From the NCBI GenBank assembly GCA_965368975.1, contig CBDUPA010000015.1:1-64000 (forward strand): a DNA stretch of 64,000 nucleotides, in the 5' to 3' direction. The DNA comes from an uncultured bacterium (GTDB lineage Bacteria > Acidobacteriota > Thermoanaerobaculia > Multivoradales > JAHZIX01). The stretch's first letter is position 1, and each line of letters opens with the position of its first letter. Shown here in pieces: positions 26,668 to 37,124 of the stretch. The notes below the pieces were generated by a model. That model was given only the letters and a program-made list of their open reading frames with translations. It was not told where the DNA came from and made no database searches. A program made the translations under genes and the position numbers.

Positions 26668-27542
26668 TAGGTCTCTTCTTGATTGACTTCTCCGGCAGTT
26701 CCAAACTCCTGTGAGCGATGAATACGGTCCATTCCAGTGACCTGTGCCGGGACCACGGAAGAAGTCTCCGATCCATGGCGACAAATCGCCGACCCTCGTC
26801 ACGCTCTCCCCGCTCGGCACGAGTTCGTATGGGCATTCCATTTCGCAGGTTGCTGGAATAGGTAACCATTCACCAGGCTGCGTGCGGGCAAGGTACTCGA
26901 TTTCCACCTCGCCGACTCCCGGCGACACCTGTCGGCACCCTCACGCGGCTCAGCTACAGCTGCTACAAACCGTCGACTTCGCCTACCTTCAGCCAAGGTA
27001 CGGCAGACTGCGCGACGGTGTACCAGGGTGGAGCCGAGGTGGAGCCGAGGTAAGCAGGGGTGGCACCCCCTGCGAAGCTCGGAATATTCACGCCAGAGCT
27101 GAAGAGCTATTTCGACGCATAACGACTCAGTTGATTTTTGGCCGTTTTGCGTCGATATCCCGGGCTGGGAAAAACTGCGGCCCAGCTCGGCAAGAATCCA
27201 CTTTACCTCGAGAGCGCGTGTAACCAACTGTCCTACATAGGCTTGTCGAAGAAATGAGGTCATCATCTCAGGGCCTGAGAACGCTCTCGCTTCTTCCGCA
27301 TGAAGCGACGCGTCAACCGACGGATGAAGCGACGCGCGTCGATTGTCGGGGCCATTCTCCTCGGGTCTGGTCACCCGACCCTACCGAAAGGTAGTAATGC
27401 TGTAGTTGAACTAACGAGGTAGGAATAGGTGCCACCCCCTCGCACCTCACTGCGAACGGTGTCGACAGGGCTCGCACCCAGTACCTGCCGCGGCGCGCCA
27501 TTTCCGGTGCCAGGTACGAGAAGCGTACCCCTCGCGAACGGC

Positions 27543-28451
27543 TCAAGCGGCTAGACTCGGAAGCTCCAGACTCCGGACGGCCTGACGCTTGGCTCGCTCG
27601 CCTCGGCGGTCGTATCGACGAGTTGTGTCGGCGTTGGCATGACCGGCGAGTTGCTGGACGGTGAAGACATCGACGCCGGCATCCAGCATGTGAGAAACGT
27701 TCGAACGTCGAAGATCGTGGGCCGAGAAGTGGTCTACACCGGCTTGCTTCTGACGGCAGCGCAGGATGTAGGCAATGCAACTGCCACGCAGACGGGTGTG
27801 ACGGACCTCACCGGTCTGGCGAATCGGACAGAACAGTGGACCGGGCTCGTCGCCCCGGACGTTGAGCCAGGCGGCAAGGTACTGGCAGCCGGCATCGGTC
27901 AGGTAGACCTGGCGCTCCTTGTTGCCCTTCCCGTGCACTAGGATCGCGCCGTCCTCCAGGTCGACGTCAGCGACGTCGAGTCGGGCGACCTCACCCCGGC
28001 GCAGGCCGCAGCCGTAGAGGACCGTGAGCATGGCAGCATCGCGTGCTCCCTTGGCGCTGGCGTCGCTGGTGCAGGCCGTAAACAACTTCACGATCTCGGG
28101 CATCTCCAGGGCTCGCCCGGCGGGCAGTTTGGAGGCTCGCACATTCGGCACCGCTGCGGCGCGTTGGTAGGTGTCGGCGTCGATCAGGCCGAGCGCCCAC
28201 GATTGCTTGAGCACGCCGCGTAGCGTGGACAAGATCTTATTGACGGTCGCACCTTGGTAGCGCGCGACCAGGGCTTGACGTACGACCATGCCGTCGGCGT
28301 AGGTCAGCCGCCACCACGGGTAGGTGTCGATACTGTGGCTGGGATCGAGGATATCGACGATCTTGTCGAGGCAGCGGCGCATGCCTTGGCTGCCCTTGGA
28401 CAGGCTCGCCATGTAGAGGCGGGCCGGGTTGGCGATGATGGAAGTCTTCAT
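27543..28451 (-). CDS. XerC/D-like tyrosine recombinase (resolvase-type)
   Basis: GLRRGE, HGKGNKER, HDLRR, LAGH, TTRRY. Confidence 0.92.
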   Translation of the reverse strand: MKTSIIANPARLYMASLSKGSQGMRRCLDKIVDILDPSHSIDTYPWWRLTYADGMVVRQALVARYQGATVNKILSTLRGVLKQSWALGLIDADTYQRAAAVPNVRASKLPAGRALEMPEIVKLFTACTSDASAKGARDAAMLTVLYGCGLRRGEVARLDVADVDLEDGAILVHGKGNKERQVYLTDAGCQYLAAWLNVRGDEPGPLFCPIRQTGEVRHTRLRGSCIAYILRCRQKQAGVDHFSAHDLRRSNVSHMLDAGVDVFTVQQLAGHANADTTRRYDRRGERAKRQAVRSLELPSLAA

Positions 28452-28874
28452 TGGGTGCCCTTTCTCTTGGTGGATGACTGTGCTGCTGGGCAGGTGCCGA
28501 CGTCGTCGTTACTTCGTTCTCGGCTGTGCCTTACATCTCTATGTCCTCTCCATGGATACGGGACCTCGCGACGGCTCGTCAACGGGACAGCATCGGATTT
28601 CTTCGGGGAATCGTTCGCGGCTCCGATGATCAGCAGGCAGGCAGGGGGCAGGTAGCTGTGCCCCAGGGTGTTGGGGCCCTGGAGGGTGTGGACGAGGGAG
28701 CCCAGGTGGTCAGGTACCCGGCGCAGGGGTTCCAGGCTGGAGACAGGCTCTCCACGATGGAGGGCGATCGTGGAGGGCTGGGAGGTATGGTCTGGCGGAG
28801 GCCACGAAGGAACCGCTCCGACCGGAGCGGCAAAGTGGAGGTGGATTCTGAGGTCAGCTGGAAAGCTGTGTCAG

Positions 28875-29291
28875 TCACTTCTTGGCAGTGCGCGCCTTCG
28901 ATCGCGCTGCCGGCTTGCTCGGGTTCGCGCTGCTCTCAACTACCCCGGGCAGCCGGAAGCCGACGACGCCATTGCCGAAGTCCTCGGCATCGAAGCGACG
29001 CGCCTTCTCGGCGCTCAGGCCGTGGTGAGCAAACAGCCGCTTGCCATCGACCAGACGCGAGACGCTGTTGCTCTGCGTGCGCAGACGATAGGCACCTCGG
29101 GCACCCTCGGACGCTGCCTTTAGTCCGATGGCGCGGTTGGAAGGATCGAAGCCGAGTTGGACGTGGGTCGTGCCCTTGCCCAGCATCTCGACCGTCGCGG
29201 CAGTCAGCACCAGGACGCCGCCCCGGCGGACGGTGATCTCGGCGGCGGTGGCGCTGTGGGTGGCATGGCCTTCGTAGAATTCGAAACTCAT
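28875..29291 (-). CDS. Hypothetical protein
   Basis: 138-aa ORF with AAGGAG RBS, co-oriented between the two recombinases. Confidence 0.7.
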   Translation of the reverse strand: MSFEFYEGHATHSATAAEITVRRGGVLVLTAATVEMLGKGTTHVQLGFDPSNRAIGLKAASEGARGAYRLRTQSNSVSRLVDGKRLFAHHGLSAEKARRFDAEDFGNGVVGFRLPGVVESSANPSKPAARSKARTAKK

Positions 29292-29431
29292 CTTGAGGTC
29301 TCCTTGTTGGTTGTTGACGGTAAGTCGCCTGCTTTCGTGGTGGTTGGTTGTATTCGCGAACGCGGCGAGTGGTCAACGGGGCCAGCTCGGATTTCTCGCA
29401 GAAGGGTGGGATTCTCGGCAGTATCGCCGGG

Positions 29432-30586
29432 TCATCCAGTGAGGATCTCGTCTAGCCTGTCCGCCCAGCGAGTCAAGGCTTCGGCCTTTTCGGGACCGTA
29501 CGTATGACGGTCATACAACTGCGTGACGCCGCTCTCGACATGGTTCAGGAGCTTCGAGACCACCAGGCGCGAGATGCCCATCGACGTCATGAATGTCGCC
29601 GCTGTGCGCCGCAAGTCGTGTGGCACGAAGTTGACTCCTGCCCGCTCGGCGATGCGCTCGGCGGCCTTCTGCACGGCGACGATGTGCCGTCCCGGCTTGC
29701 GTGGACTCGCGAACACCCACGCTCCACTCACAGTCAAGAGACGTAGCTCGTCGAGCAGCGCCAGCGCCTGCGGTGCCAGCGGTACACGGTGCGTCAGGCC
29801 GTTCTTGGCAACGTCGGCGGGGATCGTCCACCAATCCCCGTCGATGTACCGCCAGCACATCTTCAGCACCTCGACGCCGCGCTGTGCGGTTAGCAGACGC
29901 ATGCGGAAGGTCGCGGCCATCACCGGGTGCTCATCGTCGAGCGCGCACCATAGCCGGCGGATTTCCTCTTCGCTGAGTACCCGCTCGCGCGGACGCTCCC
30001 GCGCCGGCATCGGAACGAGTAGACAGGGATTGTGCTCGACGAGTCCGCGTCCGATCCCGAAGTTGTAGATCTTGGAGATGAGCGCTTTGACCCGGTTCGC
30101 CATGATCGGCGCACCGCGGGCAACGATCGCGTCCAGCACCTCCCCCACTTCCCTTCTACCGAGACTCTTGGCCTTGCGGCTTCTCCACTGCGGCAGCAAG
30201 TCGACCCGCAGGATGCGCTCGTCTTCCTTCCAGCGCCGCTTCTTGATCTTGGCGTGACGCTCCAGGTAGATCGCAGCCAGATCCCCGAACGTCACCGCCT
30301 CTCGCTCTGCGACCTTCTCGACCTGCGGATCTTCGCCCTTGGCGATGGCAGCGAGCTTCTCGCACGCCTGGTCGCGAGCTTCGGCCAGGCTCATCACGGG
30401 GTACACACCGAGGTTCAAGCGGCGCTTGCTTCCGCTGGTCCCCTTGTAGCGGACGATGAAGGTCTTGCGGCCACTCTTCGAGACGCGCACCCCGAAGCCG
30501 GGCAGTTGCTCGTCCCAGTAGTCGGTCATCCAGCGGCCAGCAACGAAGGTCTCGATCGCGCGGTGGGTCAGGTGAGCTTTCGGCAT
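29432..30586 (-). CDS. Tyrosine integrase with arm-binding domain
   Basis: WDEQLPGFGVRV arm domain; TAQR, KNG, HDLRRT, LLNH, Y. Confidence 0.95.
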   Translation of the reverse strand: MPKAHLTHRAIETFVAGRWMTDYWDEQLPGFGVRVSKSGRKTFIVRYKGTSGSKRRLNLGVYPVMSLAEARDQACEKLAAIAKGEDPQVEKVAEREAVTFGDLAAIYLERHAKIKKRRWKEDERILRVDLLPQWRSRKAKSLGRREVGEVLDAIVARGAPIMANRVKALISKIYNFGIGRGLVEHNPCLLVPMPARERPRERVLSEEEIRRLWCALDDEHPVMAATFRMRLLTAQRGVEVLKMCWRYIDGDWWTIPADVAKNGLTHRVPLAPQALALLDELRLLTVSGAWVFASPRKPGRHIVAVQKAAERIAERAGVNFVPHDLRRTAATFMTSMGISRLVVSKLLNHVESGVTQLYDRHTYGPEKAEALTRWADRLDEILTG

Positions 30587-30590
30587 CGTC

Positions 30591-31580
30591 TCACCTCACC
30601 GGCTGGACCGGGCACCACTGCCCGGCGTCCGCGATTGTGATCGAGGCGTAGAGATGCACCCCGAGCACCGCACCCGCTTCGCGAAGCCGGTGCGTAAACC
30701 GCTCGTCCTGTCGGCTCGGTCGCGGATTGCCCGAGGGGTGGTTGTGGGCGACGGCGATCGCGCGTGCATTCGCTAGCAAGGCGGGGGCCAGAATCCCGCG
30801 CGGCTCGGCCTGAGTCGCGGTCATGGTGCCGATGTATGGAACATCCCAGCCGATGACACGACGCGCACTGTCGAGGAAGAGCACAGCCACGGCTTCGCGG
30901 TCGTAGCTCTGCAGGACTTGCCAGAGAAGCGCTGCAGCATCGCCGTGAGCGCGGACCTGGGGATAGGTCTGCAAGGGCACATCCGACTCGCGTACCAACT
31001 CGACGCGCAGCCTCGGCAGGTCCGGCAGCGAAGGCAACTCGGCAGGCCAAGCTGGACGAATCAGCTGACGCTGGGGGAGGTTTGTGCGGCACGGTCGACG
31101 CTTCTTCCGGTCCGCCGGCAAATCGGCAAGTAGCAGAGCCAGAGCGCTGTCGTCGAAGTCGACCTGTTCAAGTACCGGCGCGAGCTCGACACCGGGCCGG
31201 AGATCGACCCAGCCGAAGCGCGCTACCCGCTCCCCCACTTCGAAGCCGACTTCCTGAGCGAGCTCACGAAATCGATGGTTGTGGTAGCCACGATGGCAGC
31301 AATCCTTGAGACCGCGCAGACCGTTGACCCAGTGCACCATCGCGTGCAGCAGCGCGGCCACGACCTCGGGCTTTGATCCCGTTAGCGCGTGCGCGGGTAC
31401 GCGGACCGGTTGCGTTGGTTCTTCGTCCTCATGCGGTGCACCAGGTGAAATGCCTTCGATCTGTAAGCGTAGCGGAGCCTGCGCCAGCTCAGGACCGAAG
31501 CGGTCGAGGAACTGAGCGCAGACACGCTCAAGCTCCTGTTCCGCTCGTGCGACATCGGTGCCGGTGTCCATGACCGGCAT
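30591..31580 (-). CDS. SprT-like/JAB (RadC-family MPN) fusion protein
   Basis: HNHPSGNPRPSRQD; LLHAMVH; paralog of 263-1252. Confidence 0.8.
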   Translation of the reverse strand: MPVMDTGTDVARAEQELERVCAQFLDRFGPELAQAPLRLQIEGISPGAPHEDEEPTQPVRVPAHALTGSKPEVVAALLHAMVHWVNGLRGLKDCCHRGYHNHRFRELAQEVGFEVGERVARFGWVDLRPGVELAPVLEQVDFDDSALALLLADLPADRKKRRPCRTNLPQRQLIRPAWPAELPSLPDLPRLRVELVRESDVPLQTYPQVRAHGDAAALLWQVLQSYDREAVAVLFLDSARRVIGWDVPYIGTMTATQAEPRGILAPALLANARAIAVAHNHPSGNPRPSRQDERFTHRLREAGAVLGVHLYASITIADAGQWCPVQPVR

Positions 31581-31583
31581 CGC

Positions 31584-31994
31584 TCAGCTCTCCAGGTCTG
31601 GAGCGGTGCCAAGGATCTCTTCGAGCCGACTTGCCTGGGCTCCAAGCTGCTCGGACAGCTCAACCGCCAGCAGGTGCAGCTGCACCTGCTCGGGATCGTC
31701 CACGCTACCCGGCTCCGCGCCGAGATGCTGGATGTAGCCCTGAAGCTGGCGCAGGTCTTCGAGCGCTGCGCGCAGGTCGGACTTGACCGGCACCTCGCCG
31801 CGTTCCTTGTAGGTCTCCTCGTGGAGCAGGGCGTTGTCGTAGAGCGTAACGCCAACGCGGCGAAAGGCGTCGCGGATGTGCGCTTCTGGGTACAGGTGCA
31901 GGTACGTCTCGCGGAAGACGGCGTGCGCCTCCCATTGGCTTGGTTGCAGAGGGTTCGGGCGCTGCGGCTTGGTAAGCTCCGGCTGGTCACTCAT
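31584..31994 (-). CDS. Conserved hypothetical protein of the integrase module
   Basis: Paralog of 1256-1663; AAGGAGG RBS. Confidence 0.8.
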   Translation of the reverse strand: MSDQPELTKPQRPNPLQPSQWEAHAVFRETYLHLYPEAHIRDAFRRVGVTLYDNALLHEETYKERGEVPVKSDLRAALEDLRQLQGYIQHLGAEPGSVDDPEQVQLHLLAVELSEQLGAQASRLEEILGTAPDLES

Positions 31995-32235
31995 GGGACT
32001 GAACCTCCTTTGAGTGGCTAGGCCCGGTTCGGTGCGCTAACACCGGATCGGGCCGCCTGGTTGATCGGATGGCCGAATCTCAAGCCTCGAGGGCAGGGAC
32101 TGGGCCAGTCTGGCCCACCAGTACCTCGGGCCACGGCGAAAGGTCAACCAAGACAGCTGCAAGCAGAGCAGGGCACGGCAGTCAGCTGCATGAAATTAGA
32201 TGCCAGCAGGCCCCGATGGAGGCCCGCACCACGGC

Positions 32236-32264
32236 TTGACACACAATTGATGAGTGCCTACAAT
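32236..32264 (+). promoter_or_regulatory. Putative sigma70 promoter in the element arm, facing outward (antisense to the tRNA)
   Basis: TTGACA-17nt-TACAAT. Confidence 0.6.
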
Positions 32265-32295
32265 AGTCTAAGTATTGGAAATAAAGAGGTTGGAC

Positions 32296-32370
32296 TGGAG
32301 CCGACGACCGGGTTTGAACCGGTGACCTGCTGATTACGAATCAGCTGCTCTACCACTGAGCTACGTCGGC
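32296..32370 (-). tRNA. tRNA-Thr(CGT)
   Basis: GCCGACGTAGCTCAGTGGTAGAGCAGCTGATTCGTAATCAGCAGGTCACCGGTTCAAACCCGGTCGTCGGCTCCA forms a cloverleaf with anticodon CGT and encoded CCA. Confidence 0.98.
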
Positions 32371-32385
32371 CCGCGGAGAGATGGA

Positions 32386-32414
32386 AGTCTAGGCGAAGGA
32401 GGCGGCCGGTGCAA
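32386..32414 (-). promoter_or_regulatory. Putative tRNA promoter
   Basis: TTGCAC-17nt-TAGACT 15 nt upstream of the tRNA. Confidence 0.6.
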
Positions 32415-32467
32415 GATCTTTGGGGGGATCGATTGCGGATCGGCCGATCTCACGTGTGATGTGCTGG

Positions 32468-32962
32468 CTATTCCGGAGCGGGACCACCGCCCATCAAGGT
32501 CATCGGGTTGATGTCGGTGTTCCAGGTTTCGACGACGATCTTGAGCTTTCCGTCGGCATCGCGCTTGTAGATGGTGATGTACTTGCCGGTGTCGTCGACG
32601 TTGCCCATCCCCGGGACGTCAAGGTTGATCTGGAAGGAGCCGACCTCGATCACGTTGTCGCCGGCTTGCCAGACCTCGGTGGGGGTGTTCGAGAAGGAAT
32701 TGATCTTCATGCCACTGGCGGATCGAGCTTCGTTGGCCGCCTTGAAGGCTTCGATACCATCCATGCGGGGCTCGAAGTTGGGCAATGAAATGGCGTCTTC
32801 GGCGTAGAAGCCGAGCATGGCGTCGAAGTCGTTGCTGATCATGGTTTCGGCGAGGGCGTCGCCGATGGCTTTGACCTCTTGCTGGAGGTCGTCGTTGACC
32901 TGGGCACCGAGAGGCAGGCAGAGCAGCAGGGCGCCGACGAGAACGCTATGAAGTGCACGCAT
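32468..32962 (-). CDS. Secreted NTF2-like (DUF4440/YybH-type) protein
   Basis: Signal peptide; FYAEDA, DTGKYITIYKR...GKLKI. Confidence 0.8.
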   Translation of the reverse strand: MRALHSVLVGALLLCLPLGAQVNDDLQQEVKAIGDALAETMISNDFDAMLGFYAEDAISLPNFEPRMDGIEAFKAANEARSASGMKINSFSNTPTEVWQAGDNVIEVGSFQINLDVPGMGNVDDTGKYITIYKRDADGKLKIVVETWNTDINPMTLMGGGPAPE

Positions 32963-33038
32963 TTCTGATTCTCCTTTGAAGGTGAGTCTCCCGCTGGGCA
33001 AGCATAGTCGCTCTCGGGATCCTGGGCAAATAGCCTGG

Positions 33039-34847
33039 TCAGAAGCGATTCAGGGGAATCTCGTTGATCCAGTGGAAGCCGCGGTAGACCAAGAATTCGT
33101 CGAGGTCGCGACGCCGCAGGTGGACTTCGAGCTGGCGGCCGCCGCGCTCTCCTACCAGGCGTAGCTGGTCGTCGGACGGTTGATCGAGGGTGAAGGTAGC
33201 GGCGGAGGTCAGCTCGATTTGACGGATGTCTCGACCCACACCGACGGTCTCGAAGGCGAGCTGGTAGGTCTCGCGCACGCCATCAGGGTACTCGACGGTA
33301 GCATGGTCGGCCGCGAGTTCGAGCACGACCCAGCCGGAGGGGGCGGAGCGGCGTCGGGGCGTGTACGTGTCTCCGATGATGTCGAAGGCGGCAACTTGCC
33401 AGCGGCCATGGACTTCGCTGGGGAGCGGGGGCACCACATCGGTGTTCTCTGCTGTGCTCTCTTGGATTGGGCTCTCTTGGATTGGGCCTTCTTGCGACCT
33501 GCTCTCCTGTAGGCTGTCCGCGACGCGTTGGAGCCGGATCTCGACTTGTGGAGCCCGTGGGGTGGCGAGATTGTCGTCGCTGGTGGCGGCCCACGGTTGG
33601 TTCTTGTGGATACGCTGGAACTCACCGCGCAGGCGTAGCATGTCCGTGTCGATTTGTTCGAAGGTCCAGGTGGCCCTCGAACGTAGGCTGACGGTGCCGG
33701 CCTCGGCATCGTGCTCGAAGCCGAGGTTCCAGCGGATGTCGTCCATGCCACGCACGACAGCGAAGGTGCTGCGCTCGATGATCAAGTTGTGCCAGCGAAC
33801 GGGATTGCTGCGCAGCGGCGGGAGTTCCTGTCCGTCGAGGCGGAAGCTCTCGACGTCCCAGATTCCCCAGAGTTCGGGACGCTGACGCTGGCTCTCGAAG
33901 CTCCTGGCACCGCTCGAAATCATGGTGAAGAGCAGGTAGACGAGGACCAGGCCTTTGACAACGTAGATCCATTTCGGCACACGCGGGTAGCTGATGTCAC
34001 GACGCTGGGTTGGCCGGTTGAGCAGCAGGGTCCGGGTCAGCCGGCCGGCGTCCGGCAGGGTGAGGCAGACGGCGAAGAGCAGCAGGTGCGAGGAGTAGAG
34101 CTTGACCGGCACGTCATACATGAAGTTGAGCGCCACGACGTTGGTCATCACACCGATGGCCGCAAGGGCGCCGAGGGTGGCCGTGCGGCGCAGGAGCAGC
34201 AGGAGGCCCGCGAGGACTTCACCGGCACCAGCGAAGATGACGTAGGGCACGGACGCGCCCATGAAGGTCCACAGCACGTTCATGGGAGAGCTGTCGCCGA
34301 AGGGTGCGAGCAGACGCGACAGCATGGGCAGCGGGAACTGGTTGGGGAAGACTTTGGCGAAGCCGTAGCTGAGCAGGGTCATGGCCAGACAGTAACGAAC
34401 ACCGATGTGCAACCAAGCGGCTAGCTTGGCCTCGACGTGAGACTTGGTTGCGCGCCTCTTGGAAAGAAGGATCTTCTCGAGCCCCAACCAAACGAGGGCA
34501 ACAAGCAGAGCCAGGACCACGTACAGAACCAGCCGGACGTAGCTGTGCGTCGGGTCGCCACTTCCCCACGGGCGGTCTAGGGGTTCGAAGATGCTAAAGA
34601 GGTGCACGGCGAGCATGTCGACAGCCCACCATTCGAAGTCGCGAGCCCAGCCGAACCAGCCACTGACCATGGGAATGTAGTTCAGCGGAAAGGGAAAGGT
34701 GTAGAGCACAACGTAGACGGCGGCGAAGCGCAGAGCCAGGCGCTGGATCGGAGGCCAAGCGGGTGCAGCAGGGTCCGGAGTTGCTCGCTCGGGTGTCTCG
34801 AGCTCGGTCGAGCTATCGGCGGTTCGCGGCGTCGGATCATCGGACAT
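33039..34847 (-). CDS. DoxX-like membrane protein with C-terminal extension
   Basis: Multiple TM segments; YGFAKVFPNQF, LWTFMGAS, NFMYDVPVK, C-terminal RGFHWINE. Confidence 0.75.
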   Translation of the reverse strand: MSDDPTPRTADSSTELETPERATPDPAAPAWPPIQRLALRFAAVYVVLYTFPFPLNYIPMVSGWFGWARDFEWWAVDMLAVHLFSIFEPLDRPWGSGDPTHSYVRLVLYVVLALLVALVWLGLEKILLSKRRATKSHVEAKLAAWLHIGVRYCLAMTLLSYGFAKVFPNQFPLPMLSRLLAPFGDSSPMNVLWTFMGASVPYVIFAGAGEVLAGLLLLLRRTATLGALAAIGVMTNVVALNFMYDVPVKLYSSHLLLFAVCLTLPDAGRLTRTLLLNRPTQRRDISYPRVPKWIYVVKGLVLVYLLFTMISSGARSFESQRQRPELWGIWDVESFRLDGQELPPLRSNPVRWHNLIIERSTFAVVRGMDDIRWNLGFEHDAEAGTVSLRSRATWTFEQIDTDMLRLRGEFQRIHKNQPWAATSDDNLATPRAPQVEIRLQRVADSLQESRSQEGPIQESPIQESTAENTDVVPPLPSEVHGRWQVAAFDIIGDTYTPRRRSAPSGWVVLELAADHATVEYPDGVRETYQLAFETVGVGRDIRQIELTSAATFTLDQPSDDQLRLVGERGGRQLEVHLRRRDLDEFLVYRGFHWINEIPLNRF

Positions 34848-35135
34848 GTCACTCCTCCACTTCCCGCACGGGTCCATGCGGACGCCCGCGGGTGTCGTTC
34901 CTGCTGCGTGGTCGAACTCAAGGTCGTGTGCGTCGAGTCTATCGCTGGTGCTGGACCTCAGCTACGAGAACGAGGGTGAGACGTTGCAGTGGAGCGAGTG
35001 GACGACGGGGAGTAGGTCGAACTGCCAAGGGTAGGAGGCCGGCGGCACCTTGCGAGAGGCACCGCCGGCACGGGGGACTGAGGAGAGGAGGTAGGGAGGA
35101 GGAGGAAGTGAGGAGGGTACGTCTTTCGGACTCGG

Positions 35136-37124
35136 TTATTGGCGACAGTCGCGAGGGTTGCGGCTGGCGCGGGTGCTGTCACAGCCACCGTCGAGCTGAC
35201 GGTAATAGAGACTGTTGCCGACGGTGCCAGCGAACAATCGTGCTCCATCGTCGGATCGGTCGAGCATCAGGGCGACGACCGGCAAGCTCAGGGAGCGTAG
35301 GTAGTTATCGCCGAAGAACTGCCAGCTGTTACCGCCGTTGGTGCTGCGGTAGACGCCGGCGGGAGTCGCCGCATAGAGGGTGTCGGGATCTGCGGGGTCG
35401 AGCACCAGCGCGTAGAGGGTCGGGGTTGGCAAGCCGCTGTTGCTGGCCGTCAGGGTGACACCACCGTCGGTGCTCTTGAGCACGCCGAGGTCGGTGCTGG
35501 CGACATAGACCCGGTTCGTGTCGGTCGGGTGGAAGGCGATGTCGGATACGTGGGGCGTTTTCTGTTGGGAGGACCAGATGAGCACCGGGTCCCAAGTGAC
35601 GCCACCATCGGAGCTGCGCTCGAGGCCATCGCCGCCGACGAAGAGAATCGAAGAGTCGCTGGGGGCGATGCGCACCAGGTTGTTGCCGTTGCCCTGTCCG
35701 GCACCGTTCACGAGCTGCCAAGTTGCTCCACTATCGTCGCTGCGCACGGCCCAGGGCTGCAGGTTGAACTGGGCGTTGAGCACGAAACCGGCGGCATATA
35801 CCGTTTGCGGGGTCTTGGGATCGACTTCCAGGTCCCAGACCACGGCACCGCCGTTGATGCCGCTGCCGGTCGACCAGGAGGCACCGCCGTCGGTGGACCG
35901 GTGTATGCGTCCGATCGAGCCGACGTAGAGCAGGTTGGAATCCACTGGATCGAACGCCAGCGCCACGGTGTCGCCTGCCGAGGGCTCGCCGAGTTCGCTC
36001 CAGCGGACTCCGTCGTCGGCGCTGCGCCAGAGCCGGTCGGCAGCGAGGGCGAAGAGGGTGCCGTCAGGATGCTGAAAGAGGCGTGGCACGATCTGGGCGC
36101 GCAGCGCGCGGTTGGCGTCTTGCCACACGGCACCATCGGGGCTGCGCAGCACGCCCTGGGTGGTGGCGGCGAAGGCACGGTCGAGTCCGCCGGGGCCGTC
36201 CGTGAAGGTCACCGCCAAGACGTCACCGTCGGGCTCGAGCGCCTGCGTCCAGGTGGCGCCGCCGTCGAGGCTTTGGAAGATTCCGCGATTCGAGGCGCCG
36301 GCCAGGAAACGCGCTGGCTGCAGCGGGTCGATCACCAGGTTGCTGATGGGCGCTGGCACGGTGCCTACGGTTTCCCAGCTGGTGCCGCGGTTGCTGCCAC
36401 GCAGGACCATGCCACCGAAGCCGTTGGCGTAGAAGACGCTCGGATCGCTCGGATGCGGCACGACACGACCGTTGCGGATACCACTGTCGTTGGTGCGCTG
36501 CTGCCAACTGGCCCCGCCATCGACGCTGAGGTAAACGGCGCGGCGACCCTGCGGATCCGCACAGCCGACGCCGAGCAACTCGTCGCTCGCGGCGGGCGAG
36601 ACCACGATGCCGCAGATTTTTGCACCGCTGTTGTCGTAGACCTGCGTCCAGGTGTCACCCGCGTCGAAACTCGTCCAGACGCCGTTGGCCTGTGCCAGAG
36701 CGAGACGATCTCCTTGCGTCGGGTGGACGGAGAGGCGCTGCTTCTCACTGGTGCTCTGCGGCGCTCCGGGATGGATGTCGCTCCAGTGCAAGCCGCGGTC
36801 GTCGCTGCGCCAGAGCCGCCCATCAGAGGCTTCGGCATACAGGCGTTTGGCGTCGGCAGCATCGACCCACAGGGCACGTAGATGACCGTCCCGGAAGGTG
36901 CCGCTCTGGCGCCAGGTCTTGCCGCTGTTTGGGCTGATGAAGACGTAGAAGTCACCTGCCGCGTAGAGCTGGTTCCCGTCAGACGGGCTCGCGGCCAACA
37001 ACCGCAGCGCACCGCCATCGGGGCCCGCTCCTCTCCAAACGCCTGCCTCTACCACGGCGGGCAGTAACAGGAGCGTCAACCCAACCAGGGCACGTAGGAT
37101 TTCTCCGGCTTGTAGTCGTCGCAT
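35136..37124 (-). CDS. Secreted BNR/Asp-box repeat beta-propeller protein
   Basis: Signal peptide and many SxDGGxTW Asp-boxes. Confidence 0.88.
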   Translation of the reverse strand: MRRLQAGEILRALVGLTLLLLPAVVEAGVWRGAGPDGGALRLLAASPSDGNQLYAAGDFYVFISPNSGKTWRQSGTFRDGHLRALWVDAADAKRLYAEASDGRLWRSDDRGLHWSDIHPGAPQSTSEKQRLSVHPTQGDRLALAQANGVWTSFDAGDTWTQVYDNSGAKICGIVVSPAASDELLGVGCADPQGRRAVYLSVDGGASWQQRTNDSGIRNGRVVPHPSDPSVFYANGFGGMVLRGSNRGTSWETVGTVPAPISNLVIDPLQPARFLAGASNRGIFQSLDGGATWTQALEPDGDVLAVTFTDGPGGLDRAFAATTQGVLRSPDGAVWQDANRALRAQIVPRLFQHPDGTLFALAADRLWRSADDGVRWSELGEPSAGDTVALAFDPVDSNLLYVGSIGRIHRSTDGGASWSTGSGINGGAVVWDLEVDPKTPQTVYAAGFVLNAQFNLQPWAVRSDDSGATWQLVNGAGQGNGNNLVRIAPSDSSILFVGGDGLERSSDGGVTWDPVLIWSSQQKTPHVSDIAFHPTDTNRVYVASTDLGVLKSTDGGVTLTASNSGLPTPTLYALVLDPADPDTLYAATPAGVYRSTNGGNSWQFFGDNYLRSLSLPVVALMLDRSDDGARLFAGTVGNSLYYRQLDGGCDSTRASRNPRDCRQ

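Larger units (their letters stand above)
12367..32343. mobile_element. Integrative element A (~20 kb genomic island) in tRNA-Thr(CGT)
   Basis: Flanked by 48-bp direct repeats, integrase near the tRNA end, cargo visibly less GC-rich than the backbone. Confidence 0.92.

Noticed and set aside
26344-27374. Minus-strand ORFs after the ABC operon as a gene or pseudogene
   Set aside because: No recognisable motif and partial overlap with the binding-protein gene; a decayed gene is possible but unsupported.
33455-33510. 15-bp tandem repeat in the DoxX-like gene
   Set aside because: Encodes a low-complexity QES-type linker; ordinary slippage.
35070-35120. Purine-rich gga/gag tract
   Set aside because: Low complexity with no regular period or clear structure.
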